Positions 17,118 through 25,833 of a stretch of DNA of 64,000 nt are shown in pieces; positions within the stretch are counted from its first letter, which is position 1; the number at the start of each line of letters is the position of its first letter. The stretch is taken from assembly GCA_041651195.1 (NCBI GenBank), contig JBAZJR010000001.1, positions 135,601-199,600 on the forward strand, read 5' to 3'. Source of the stretch: Patescibacteria group bacterium (GTDB lineage: Bacteria; Patescibacteriota; Patescibacteriia; Patescibacteriales; UBA12465). The notes beneath the pieces are model-generated. The model made no database searches. It was given only the letters and a program-made list of their open reading frames with translations, and was not told where the DNA came from. The position numbers and the translations under genes are program-made.

Positions 17118-17166
17118 CTCCGCAGAACGGGACGAAGCGAGCCTAAAAGCTCGCCTCGTTTTTTAT
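17118..17166 (+). repeat. probable native tRNA-Ser downstream flank (copy E) with terminator
   Basis: ctccgca is followed by gaacgggacgaagcgagcctaaaagctcgcctcgtttttt. The hairpin gacgaagcgagc/gctcgcctcgtt is followed by a T-run. Backbone composition resumes after this point. Confidence 0.55.
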
Positions 17167-17296
17167 GGAGCGTTCTAGCCCAAGTCAGGCTATTCCGTCA
17201 TTATGTAGCTATATTTAGTCTATTTCGGAGCAGTCTTTTATTTTGATAATATATCGAAATAGCCTATACTTAATATAGGTAATCAAATAACCATAT

Positions 17297-18502
17297 ATGA
17301 TAGAAAATAGCATTGTCTATCGAGATTTTAAGGGAAAATATGAATATCTCCCCCTATCAAGAGCTGAGGGTTCTTTAATCTGGGATAAGGACGGGAAAAG
17401 ATACATTGATTTTTCTTCAGCTTGGAATGTCACTAATTTAGGCTGGAATAATCCAGAGGTAAGTAGCGCAATAATTGAACAGGCTAAGAAAAATGTGCAA
17501 GGCCTTCTTTGGGGCTCTGATCCGATCCAGGAAGAATATGCCAAAGCCCTGACCGGGGCGTTGCCGAAAGAACTGGATGCTTGTATTAAAGAAACTAGCG
17601 GAACTGAATCAGTCGAAGTGGCGATTAAAGTCGCTCGCGTTTACACAGAAAGAAAAAAAGTTATCGGTTTTAATGCTCATTATCATGGCCAGTTATTCGC
17701 CGCGCTAGCTATCGGTTATCCCAGAGATTCACATACGAAACTCGAGCCTTTAGTCCCGGAGATTTCACCAATCGCTTTTCCTCATAATAAAATTAGTGAA
17801 GCTGATTGGCAAAAGTTTCTTGGAGATTTTGAAGAAATACTTTCTAAAAAAGATGTCGCCGCCGTTGTGGCGGAACCGGGGGTCATTACCGGTTGGGGGT
17901 CGACACTTATCGCTTATCCTGGTTTCTTGGCGAAACTTCGGGAGCTTACTTCCAAATACGGAACACTTCTTATAATCGATGAAGTCGGGACAGGGTTTTC
18001 GCGTACCGGAAAACTTTTCGGGATACAACATGAAAATGTTGTTCCTGATATGATCGCTCTGGCGAAAGGGATGTCTAACGGCGCATCTGCTATTGGGGCA
18101 GTCGTTGGGAAAACAGAAATATTTGAGAAAGCGTTTTCCGAAGCAATTTTAGTTTCAACTCTGGGCTGGACTCCGCTCGCCTGCGCCGCGTCTTTGAAGG
18201 TCTTGCAAATTCATTTAAGAGACAGGATCTGGGAAGCGGCGGAGAAAAAAGGGATTTATGTAAAAGAAAAATTAAGAGCTCATATCGGAGGGATTCTGGT
18301 CGATGTGCGAGGAATGGGCTTAGAGATTGGCGTCCAATTTAAAGACGCCGAGACTTGTTCTGGGATCCAAAAAGCTTGTTTTGCCGATGGCCTCCATGTT
18401 GTAGTCGGCAGCGGCAATAATATGCAAATCATGCCGCCCCTTAATATTCCGCAAGAGTTATTAGATGAGGGACTGGATATTTTGATGAGAAATTTAAAAT
18501 AG
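17297..18502 (+). CDS. class-III (aspartate aminotransferase family) PLP-dependent aminotransferase
   Basis: IIDEVGTGFSRTGKLFG and PDMIALAKGMSNG (PLP lysine) place it in the acetylornithine/GABA aminotransferase-like group. Confidence 0.9.
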   Translation: MIENSIVYRDFKGKYEYLPLSRAEGSLIWDKDGKRYIDFSSAWNVTNLGWNNPEVSSAIIEQAKKNVQGLLWGSDPIQEEYAKALTGALPKELDACIKETSGTESVEVAIKVARVYTERKKVIGFNAHYHGQLFAALAIGYPRDSHTKLEPLVPEISPIAFPHNKISEADWQKFLGDFEEILSKKDVAAVVAEPGVITGWGSTLIAYPGFLAKLRELTSKYGTLLIIDEVGTGFSRTGKLFGIQHENVVPDMIALAKGMSNGASAIGAVVGKTEIFEKAFSEAILVSTLGWTPLACAASLKVLQIHLRDRIWEAAEKKGIYVKEKLRAHIGGILVDVRGMGLEIGVQFKDAETCSGIQKACFADGLHVVVGSGNNMQIMPPLNIPQELLDEGLDILMRNLK

Positions 18503-18561
18503 TAATAGATTGATCCAAGGTTATCGGGGCTTTTATTAATTTTCGTTCGGATATAAACTCT

Positions 18562-19065
18562 ATGATCAGATATTTCCGTTTTATCTTTATGGCTCCCGGC
18601 GTGATCGTCCATGAATTGGCGCACGCTTTTTTCTGTTGGCTATTTGGCGTTAAGATCTATAATATCAATCTCCTGCGTTTTAACCGGATCGCCGGCTATG
18701 TCACTCACGCTGAGCCGGCCGGATTCTTTTCTAGCTTTTTTATCTCTTTCGGCCCCTTGATCATAAATTCCGCTCTGGCTATCTGGCTTTTTGCCCAAGT
18801 CGGCTGGGTCTATGATTGGCGGACTTTATTATACCTCTGGCTCGGCATCGCCCTGGGTTTCCAGGCGATACCGTCTACCGGCGACGCGCAATCCTTATGG
18901 CAGAATGCTAATCATAATTTTCTGCGCCGCCCGCTCGTGATCTTATTTTATCCTTTGGTCTTATTGCTCTATATCTTGAATTTTTTAAAGCGTTTCTATA
19001 TCGATTTGATTTTCGTCTTAGCCCTGCTCTATGTGGCGCAGAAATATTTTTCGCAAATTTTATGA
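18562..19065 (+). CDS. membrane protein with an HExxH motif (putative zinc metalloprotease)
   Basis: VIVHELAHAFFC near the N-terminus, followed by about 4 transmembrane segments. Confidence 0.5.
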   Translation: MIRYFRFIFMAPGVIVHELAHAFFCWLFGVKIYNINLLRFNRIAGYVTHAEPAGFFSSFFISFGPLIINSALAIWLFAQVGWVYDWRTLLYLWLGIALGFQAIPSTGDAQSLWQNANHNFLRRPLVILFYPLVLLLYILNFLKRFYIDLIFVLALLYVAQKYFSQIL

Positions 19066-19691
19066 TGAAAGCGGTAATTTTTGACATTGACGGCGTCCTT
19101 TTGGATTCTTTCGAGGCTAATTTAAAATTTTTTCAAGACCTCTTGTCCCAAGCGGGCTATGAGCCGCCGACGCGCGAAGAATTGCGCCCGATTTTCCATT
19201 ACAGCATGATTGATACGATCAAAGCGCTCACTCAGTCGCGGGAAGAAGAGGAAATATGTCGGCTCTGGGAAATAGGCAGGCGGCAGGAGGGAGTCAAATA
19301 TGATTTGGGATTATTGACAATGCCGACCGGAACAGCCGCCGTGATCAAGACGCTTAGTGAAAATTATTCCTTAGGCATCGTCACGAGCCGGGTTAAGAAT
19401 AGTATTTACGAACTTCCTCTGCTGGCTGGTTTGCGAGACTATTTCCGAGCGACGGTTGCTTATGAAGATACAAAACAGCATAAACCAGATCCGGAGCCGC
19501 TCTTATTGGCGGCGTCTCAATTAGGAGCGGCGCCAGCGACTTGCGTCTATATAGGAGACGTGGAGAATGATCTTCAAGCCGCTCGCGCGGCCGGGATGAA
19601 AGCCATAATCTATTCGCCAAGTGCGCTTAGCCAAGCGGACGCCAACACCGCCGACTTTACTAAACTACCGGAATTGATCGCGTCCCTGTAG
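19062..19691 (+). CDS. HAD family hydrolase (phosphoglycolate phosphatase-like)
   Basis: Motif I FDIDGVLLDS, motif II IVTS and motif IV GDVENDLQAA. It overlaps the upstream gene by 4 nt. Confidence 0.85.
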   Translation: MMKAVIFDIDGVLLDSFEANLKFFQDLLSQAGYEPPTREELRPIFHYSMIDTIKALTQSREEEEICRLWEIGRRQEGVKYDLGLLTMPTGTAAVIKTLSENYSLGIVTSRVKNSIYELPLLAGLRDYFRATVAYEDTKQHKPDPEPLLLAASQLGAAPATCVYIGDVENDLQAARAAGMKAIIYSPSALSQADANTADFTKLPELIASL

Positions 19692-19783
19692 CCGCCCCCA
19701 TGGCTTGAATCTAATTAGGGGATCAGATCATCATTTGGCAATTTCTTAAAAATTTAGCATGAGCAGTTTATGAATACTTATTT

Positions 19784-20572
19784 ATGGCTATCGATAAGAC
19801 TATATTAAATATCGATCCCTCCCGCTATACGGTTTATCAGATGCTGGACTATCTCAAGGAAACGCGCGGCATAGCTTTGCGGCAAGAGAAATCTGAGAAG
19901 CTGTATCTGTTCAAGACGGAACCCTATATCGACTCTTTATATAATTATGCCCACGCATTGTCGGCCGATCTGACAGCCGCTGATATTCGGGAAATAAGAA
20001 ATTTTTTCGGCGCTGACCCATTTCGGATAAGCGCGCCGGCCAGCGATGATTTAAAGATATTTTTGTTAGCGCAAGGCCTTAAGTTCCGGGATAGCGGCTA
20101 TATCATGCGGGCGGATAATTTTTATATTCCGGCCGGATTGCCGGAGCAGCCTGGCAATGTCACCATCCGACCGGTTGATACGCCTCAAGCTTTAGCCGAT
20201 TTTAAATCGGTCTTTGCCCTGTCTTTCGATCGGAGCCCGGCCGAAACTGAACAGAAGTTCGGCTTCTTGGATCGGACAATCATCGATGCGGCCGATAGTC
20301 ATATCAAGACATTCGTCTTGTCTGTGGGCGGCGTACCGGCGGCGACCGGCTCTTATTACGCCTTTGACGAATTTTCGGTAGAAGGCATCGGGACCAAGCC
20401 GGAATTCCGCGGTCGCGGCTACGCCCAGTTGATCATGGCTCGTTTAGCTCAGGCGGCGATCGGGCTAGGCTATCGGTCAGCCTGTTTGGACGCTTCGGCA
20501 GCCGGAGCGCCGGTCTATCAGAAATTCGGCTTTCGGGTCTTAGCCGCGACGGATACTTTTATTTCCCAATAA
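19784..20572 (+). CDS. GNAT family N-acetyltransferase (C-terminal domain)
   Basis: Acetyl-CoA binding block GIGTKPEFRGRGYAQLIMARL. Confidence 0.7.
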   Translation: MAIDKTILNIDPSRYTVYQMLDYLKETRGIALRQEKSEKLYLFKTEPYIDSLYNYAHALSADLTAADIREIRNFFGADPFRISAPASDDLKIFLLAQGLKFRDSGYIMRADNFYIPAGLPEQPGNVTIRPVDTPQALADFKSVFALSFDRSPAETEQKFGFLDRTIIDAADSHIKTFVLSVGGVPAATGSYYAFDEFSVEGIGTKPEFRGRGYAQLIMARLAQAAIGLGYRSACLDASAAGAPVYQKFGFRVLAATDTFISQ

Positions 20573-20670
20573 TCAGGGGCAGATTTTTAAATTCGTGGTT
20601 TTTTGTTATACTTTAATCACGATTTATATAAGGTTGAAGATTTTTAAACTAGCTTAATCCGTTTCGGCCT

Positions 20671-21168
20671 ATGTCTAAGATCAGCCTACGCTACCGACAA
20701 CTAAAAGACGCCAGGAGATTCCTGGAGATTTTGCTTAACCCTAATTTTAAGTATGTGACCGTCAAGGCTAAGACGCTCCGAGATGAGGAAAGATGGCTGC
20801 GCGGCTGTCCGGCCAAGCGGCGGAAGAACCAGGAATGGAATTATGCTATCCTGCTGGATGGCTTGGTTGTCGGCGCCATCGGCATCAAGATCAACCAATT
20901 CCGGAAGCATATCGGGGAAATCGGCTACTTTGTGGCTGAGGAATATTGGGGGCGCGGTATCACGACGCGAGCAGTCAGGCTCGTGGAAAAGGAAGCTTTT
21001 AAAAAATTAGGGATCACGCGCCTAGAGATCGTGATGCGGCCGGAAAATCTGGCTAGCGAGCGGGTGGCGGTCAAGAGTGGCTACCGGAAGGAAGGCCGGC
21101 TGAAAAAGTTTGATCGCGACAAAAAGGGCCGGCTACGGGATTTTTGGCTCTACGCCAAGACCCTTTAA
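20671..21168 (+). CDS. GNAT family N-acetyltransferase (RimJ/RimL-like)
   Basis: EIGYFVAEEYWGRGITTRAV...LEIVMRPENLASERVAVKSGYRKEG. Confidence 0.85.
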   Translation: MSKISLRYRQLKDARRFLEILLNPNFKYVTVKAKTLRDEERWLRGCPAKRRKNQEWNYAILLDGLVVGAIGIKINQFRKHIGEIGYFVAEEYWGRGITTRAVRLVEKEAFKKLGITRLEIVMRPENLASERVAVKSGYRKEGRLKKFDRDKKGRLRDFWLYAKTL

Positions 21169-21195
21169 ATAGTCAATATAGTCCGCCTGAATAAT

Positions 21196-21432
21196 ATGGA
21201 ACAAGTCATCGGCATCATCCTACTCCTGTCTTACATCAGCTATATCCTCGGGAAGGAAGGCCGTTTTTTGAGCTTTTCCGAGCGCTTAGGTAAGCGCCTC
21301 CATTCGCGGCGGCGGATTTCCCGTCATGAATATATCGAGAAGGTCGTGGCCGGCGCTAACCAAAAGCATTGGGCGGAAAAAAGGTTGGCGGAAGACCGGG
21401 AGCGGGTTAAGAAGAATTTTTTAGGACGTTAA
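21196..21432 (+). CDS. small hypothetical protein with an N-terminal transmembrane segment
   Basis: 78-aa ORF in an otherwise empty gap with no recognisable motif. Confidence 0.35.
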   Translation: MEQVIGIILLLSYISYILGKEGRFLSFSERLGKRLHSRRRISRHEYIEKVVAGANQKHWAEKRLAEDRERVKKNFLGR

Positions 21433-21450
21433 GATTAAGGCATCAAGGTT

Positions 21451-22125
21451 ATGACTAAATATTATAAAATTTTTGCCGGCCTATTAGGAGGCATCTTCTT
21501 ATCTGTCGGGGTTGGCCAGATGAGCGCCGCCAGTCTGCCGGAAAATATCGATATCGCCGTGCCGTTTACAGCGCAGGCGCCCTTAGGCGAATGGCGCGAT
21601 GTCCGGCAGCAAGACGGTTGCGAGGAAGCGGTCGCCGCGATGGCTATGGCCTGGGTCGGCGGCGAAAAAGATATCGCCAAGGCTGATTGGCGCTTGCGGA
21701 TCTTGATCCTTTCCACTTTTGAAAATAAGAAATACGGCGAGTATCGGGATGTCGCCCTCGCGGATATGGTCGCTTGGCTATTCAATGATTATTTTCGTTA
21801 TCAAAAAGTAGCGGTCAAGACGGTCGCGAGCGCGGCGGATATTATTAAGGAATTGGAGAAAGGGAATCTTGTCTTGACGCCGATGGATGGGCGCCTCTTG
21901 AAAAATCCCTACTATACCGAGCCCGGGCCGGAGCGGCACATGATCCTGATCAAGGGGTATGATTATAAGGCTAAGCAATTCATCACTAATGATCCGGGTA
22001 CGCGGCGGGGAGAGGGCTATCGCTACAAAGAAGAAGTCTTATTCCGGGCGATCCGCGATTACCAGACTGGCCATAAATTACCTTTCGGATCTTTGACTAG
22101 GAGCATGATCGTCGTCAGCAAATGA
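21451..22125 (+). CDS. secreted peptidase C39-like (Peptidase_C39_2-type) protein
   Basis: Signal peptide, then VPFTAQAPLGEWRDVRQQDGCEEA (candidate catalytic Cys context) and a later HMILIKGYD block. Confidence 0.55.
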   Translation: MTKYYKIFAGLLGGIFLSVGVGQMSAASLPENIDIAVPFTAQAPLGEWRDVRQQDGCEEAVAAMAMAWVGGEKDIAKADWRLRILILSTFENKKYGEYRDVALADMVAWLFNDYFRYQKVAVKTVASAADIIKELEKGNLVLTPMDGRLLKNPYYTEPGPERHMILIKGYDYKAKQFITNDPGTRRGEGYRYKEEVLFRAIRDYQTGHKLPFGSLTRSMIVVSK

Positions 22126-22154
22126 TTAGCGGCGGATGTTTCGTCTAAATTATT

Positions 22155-22181
22155 AAAAAGGCTGTCCGCGGACAGTCTTTT
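22155..22181. terminator. bidirectional terminator between convergent genes
   Basis: Palindrome ctgtccg/cggacag flanked by an A-run and a T-run. Confidence 0.5.
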
Positions 22182-22240
22182 GAGAACGGGAAAGAGGCGA
22201 TTACATTGAGTAGCAGGCTTATTCGATTGAGCGACCTTCT

Positions 22241-22762
22241 TCATTCAATGCAGCAGTCTATCACTTTTTTGACCAGGGCGCCGAGGCGTCCGGCCAAGCC
22301 TTTCTTTTCGGTGTTGATAGCGTCATCATCGATTTTTTTCACTTCGCCCAGATCGATCAGCTTCATATTCAGCCCCCAAAACAGGGAATATAGGTCATAA
22401 GCTTTCTTGAACATCTCTTGAGCTTCTTCTTTGTTCCCTTTGCCCTGCGCCTTGGTCCCGACTTCCATCAAGCGGTAGGAAGCGGCCAGAAGATGTTTGG
22501 AAATGCACCAGACCTCTCCTTCGTATTCTTTAATTATTTTTTTCAAGAGGGATTTGCGCATCTCCCGCACTTCGCCGAGGAGATCGTAGTATTTGGGATT
22601 GCCGGTCTTCGCCCCCGTGAAGAAAAAATGCTCTTCGATGCTCACCAGATTCATGATCGCGATCGAAAGATCCTGGTCGGAAGACAAGTCCAGGACATTG
22701 TCTTTTTTCAGCTTATCAACTTTCTCGATCATCTCATTGAGACTTAAGATATTTTCGGACAT
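22241..22762 (-). CDS. hypothetical cytoplasmic protein (ends ...DCCIE)
   Basis: 173-aa ORF that starts 9 nt downstream of the upstream gene's stop on the minus strand. I recognise no family. Confidence 0.6.
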   Translation of the reverse strand: MSENILSLNEMIEKVDKLKKDNVLDLSSDQDLSIAIMNLVSIEEHFFFTGAKTGNPKYYDLLGEVREMRKSLLKKIIKEYEGEVWCISKHLLAASYRLMEVGTKAQGKGNKEEAQEMFKKAYDLYSLFWGLNMKLIDLGEVKKIDDDAINTEKKGLAGRLGALVKKVIDCCIE

Positions 22763-22770
22763 ATATTTTT

Positions 22771-23277
22771 TTATCTAGTTAGGAAATAAAAAACGCCGCT
22801 TAAGATAATTAAGGCGCCGACCGGCATGACCACTTTTTCGAAAGGGAAGTGGGCATGGCCGCGCCGCTCTTTGATATTGTTATACCAGAGCGTCATAGCC
22901 AGGAAGGCTAGGCTGCCGATAATCGCGCCGAAGACGACCTTGTCGACACCCCAGATCCGGCTCGCCGGGTGGCCGATCAAGTCCTGCGCCCACAAGGGCC
23001 AGAAGGTCAGCCCGTAATATAAGACGGCGATAATCAGATCGCGTAAATCCTTATTTCCAAAGAGCCAATTCTTTTTATTCAGCCAGTTGATGGTCCAGAT
23101 GGTGATAGAGACCAAAAGCCCGCCGATCCAGAGGCCGGCGATCGTATTGTCGATGCCTAGGTATTCGCTCAGACCCAGGCCGGCGCCGACTGCGACTACG
23201 CAGACCGGGCAGACCGCGGCCGCGGGCAGAGCCGCAAAAGCGCCGATCGGTATGCTCAGATATAATAATCTTTTCAT
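22771..23277 (-). CDS. integral membrane protein with an N-terminal CPVC motif
   Basis: About 5 transmembrane segments. Its only two Cys form a CxxC (AAVCPVCVVAVG). Confidence 0.65.
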   Translation of the reverse strand: MKRLLYLSIPIGAFAALPAAAVCPVCVVAVGAGLGLSEYLGIDNTIAGLWIGGLLVSITIWTINWLNKKNWLFGNKDLRDLIIAVLYYGLTFWPLWAQDLIGHPASRIWGVDKVVFGAIIGSLAFLAMTLWYNNIKERRGHAHFPFEKVVMPVGALIILSGVFYFLTR

Positions 23278-23314
23278 ATATGATAGTAGAGTTCCCGTCG
23301 GGCGGGAAGCTCGG

Positions 23315-23662
23315 TTATTTTTTAAAATAATCGATGATGTCCTGGTCGCCCATCAGGCATTTTTCGCCGTCGAAAAAGAAGGGCACGCCGAGACCCTGGG
23401 CCGTATCTAGGTCGCATTGGCGAGCCTTCCTTTCTAATAAGGTAGCATTCGCTTGGCTGCGCGATACTTCTAATTCTTGGAACTTGAATCTTTCGCGGAT
23501 GCCGTTTTGGTCGATATACTCCGCGACCACCTGGCAATGCGGGCAAGAATCGCTATAGAAGAGGATCATTCTCGGCTGTTGGGTGGCAAGGAGCCAGATG
23601 CCCGCGGCCGCGAGAGCTAAGATTATTATGATGACTATATAATGCGGCTTGATATGTTTCAT
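23315..23662 (-). CDS. membrane-anchored thioredoxin/glutaredoxin-fold protein (CPHC)
   Basis: N-terminal transmembrane segment, then FYSDSCPHCQ, then a cis-Pro-like GVPFFF block. Confidence 0.75.
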   Translation of the reverse strand: MKHIKPHYIVIIIILALAAAGIWLLATQQPRMILFYSDSCPHCQVVAEYIDQNGIRERFKFQELEVSRSQANATLLERKARQCDLDTAQGLGVPFFFDGEKCLMGDQDIIDYFKK

Positions 23663-23739
23663 ATATTGATTTCATAAATTTTAAATTATGCCATCATCAT
23701 AGCATTTTTTTTGCCGCATAGTCTATATTAAGGCTAGGA

Positions 23740-25545
23740 TTATTGGCGTTTTCTGATTTTTTCCTGCACTTCAGCGATAAAATCATCCGGCGCGATCTCC
23801 CGCGTCTCTTGGGCGCCGCGGTCGCGGACGTTTAAGACCGGCGCGTTCATTTCCTTGTCGCCGATGACCAGCATATAGGGGACTTTTTCATTGACAGCTT
23901 TCCGGATCTTATTGCCCACGGTTTCGTTCGCCTCGTCCACTTCTACCCGGATGCCAGCCGCGCGCAGGCGGTCGGCTAGTTTTTTACAGGCCGGGATATG
24001 GGCCTCGCCGACGGAGACGATCTTCGACTGGACCGGCGAGAACCAAACCGGGAAGGCACCGGCGTAATTTTCAATCAGGACGCCGATGAATCTCTCGAAG
24101 GAGCCGAAGAGCGCGCGATGGAGCATATAAGGCCGCTCTTTTTCGCCTTGGGCGTTCGTGAAGTTCATATCGAAGCGTTCCGGCAGGTTGAAGTCGAATT
24201 GTAGGGTCGAGCATTGCCATTCCCGTCCGAGCGCGTCTTTGACTTTAAAATCCAGTTTCGGCCCATAGAAAACCGCGCCGCCGATATCCTTCTGATAAGA
24301 CAGTTTCTTGTCCTGGGCGACTTTTTCCAAAACTTTTTCCGTAAAATCCCAGCCGGCGTCGCTGCCCGCGTATTTGGTATTTTCCGGATCGCGGACCGAG
24401 AGGTAGACCTTGACATCCGAAGCCGGGAAGCCGAACGAAGCATAGATGAAGAGGATAAAATCAACGACCCGGCCCAACTCTTCTTCTACCTGGTCGGCGC
24501 GGCAGATAATATGAGCGTCATCCTGCGTAAAGCCGCGTACGCGGGTCAGTCCAGAGAGTTCGCCTTTCTTTTCAAAACGGTAGACCGTGCCGCATTCCGC
24601 CCAACGCAAAGGGAAGTCGCGATAGGAGTGTAAGCTATTCTTATAGATCCGGACATGGAAAGGGCAATTCATCGGTTTCAAAAGATAGGATTCCGGCTCT
24701 TTTACTTTTTCTTGGCTCTGGCTGTCCGATAAGCTCTGGCCGGCTTCAAGCGGCGGATACATGCTGTCGTTATAAAAGCCCCAATGCCCGGAAGTTTCCC
24801 AGAGCGCCTTATTGCCGATATGGGGGGAGCGGACCAGCTCATAGCCGGCTTTTTCATGTTCCTGATACCAGAAATCTTCGATGATCCGCCAGAGCTTGGC
24901 GCCTTTCGGATGCCAGAGCGGGAGGCCGAGGCCGACCATCTCGTCGATATGGAAGAGGTCTAGCTCCTTGCCTAATTTACGGTGGTCTCTTTTTTCCGCT
25001 TCGACTAGCAGTTTCAGGTGAGCGTCGAGCTCTTCCTTAGTGTCGAAGGCTAGGCCGTAAATACGGGTCAGCATTTTGTTCTTTTCATCGCCGCGCCAAT
25101 AAGCGCCAGCCAGCTTATGCAATTTGAAACTGCCGGGCTTAATCTGGTTGGTATTATCGACGTGCGGCCCGCGGCAGAGATCCGTGAATTTGCCGACCGT
25201 GTAATAGCTGACGACGCTTTCGCCTTGCGCCTGCAAATCGGCGATCAATTCGGCTTTGTAGGTATCATCGGCGGCCTGAGCCTCTTTTAATGCCGTCGCG
25301 ATCGGTTTTTCGTCCCGGGCGAATCCCAGATTCTGCTTGGCGAGATGCGCCATTTTTTTTTCGATCTCTTTCAGGTCGCTTTCGCTGATCTTGGTATCGC
25401 CGAAATCGATATCATAATAGAAGCCGTTTTCGATCGCCGGACCGATGGATAGCTTGGCCGCCGGCCATAGCTCTTTGACGGCGTAAGCCAGGAGATGCGA
25501 CAGGGAATGGCGCTTAACTTCGATGCTTATTTCTTCTTTTTTCAT
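23740..25545 (-). CDS. thrS: threonine--tRNA ligase (no N-terminal TGS domain)
   Basis: It starts at the editing-domain motif HSLSHLLAYAVKELWP...GFYYD. Class II catalytic motifs and a C-terminal anticodon-binding domain are collinear with bacterial ThrRS. Confidence 0.95.
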   Translation of the reverse strand: MKKEEISIEVKRHSLSHLLAYAVKELWPAAKLSIGPAIENGFYYDIDFGDTKISESDLKEIEKKMAHLAKQNLGFARDEKPIATALKEAQAADDTYKAELIADLQAQGESVVSYYTVGKFTDLCRGPHVDNTNQIKPGSFKLHKLAGAYWRGDEKNKMLTRIYGLAFDTKEELDAHLKLLVEAEKRDHRKLGKELDLFHIDEMVGLGLPLWHPKGAKLWRIIEDFWYQEHEKAGYELVRSPHIGNKALWETSGHWGFYNDSMYPPLEAGQSLSDSQSQEKVKEPESYLLKPMNCPFHVRIYKNSLHSYRDFPLRWAECGTVYRFEKKGELSGLTRVRGFTQDDAHIICRADQVEEELGRVVDFILFIYASFGFPASDVKVYLSVRDPENTKYAGSDAGWDFTEKVLEKVAQDKKLSYQKDIGGAVFYGPKLDFKVKDALGREWQCSTLQFDFNLPERFDMNFTNAQGEKERPYMLHRALFGSFERFIGVLIENYAGAFPVWFSPVQSKIVSVGEAHIPACKKLADRLRAAGIRVEVDEANETVGNKIRKAVNEKVPYMLVIGDKEMNAPVLNVRDRGAQETREIAPDDFIAEVQEKIRKRQ

Positions 25546-25795
25546 ATGGTTGTTAGCGGAGAGCCTTGGTTAGGCTGTCCGGATATTTATGATTTAAAAA
25601 AGTCCCCTCCTCGCAAAAATAGTCAAAGACTATCTTTGCCAGGACGGGACTTTCAGGCTTTTGCGCCCGCGGTCTCGCGGTTCCACCCGGCTTTTTCCGC
25701 CTGAGCGGCGGAAACTCTCTTTTTCCAGCAGCACCTTAGGAGTCGCCTCTCAAGCTTTTGGCCCGACCGCGCCTGGTAAACGCGGCAATCAGTGC
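25546..25795 (-). promoter_or_regulatory. T-box riboswitch leader with an intrinsic terminator, upstream of thrS
   Basis: The minus strand carries the T-box core GGGUGGAACCGCG (plus coordinates 25676-25688). Downstream is a roughly 24-bp terminator hairpin (25602-25650) followed by U6. The terminator 5' strand (CCUGGC) can alternatively pair with GCCGGG next to the T-box core. Confidence 0.75.
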
Positions 25796-25801
25796 AAAGA
25801 C

Positions 25802-25830
25802 ATTATATAATAGGAGGATAATTTTGTAAA
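25802..25830 (-). promoter_or_regulatory. sigma70-type promoter for the thrS leader
   Basis: On the minus strand: TTTACA, a 17-nt spacer, then TATAAT. Confidence 0.55.
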
Positions 25831-25833
25831 TAT

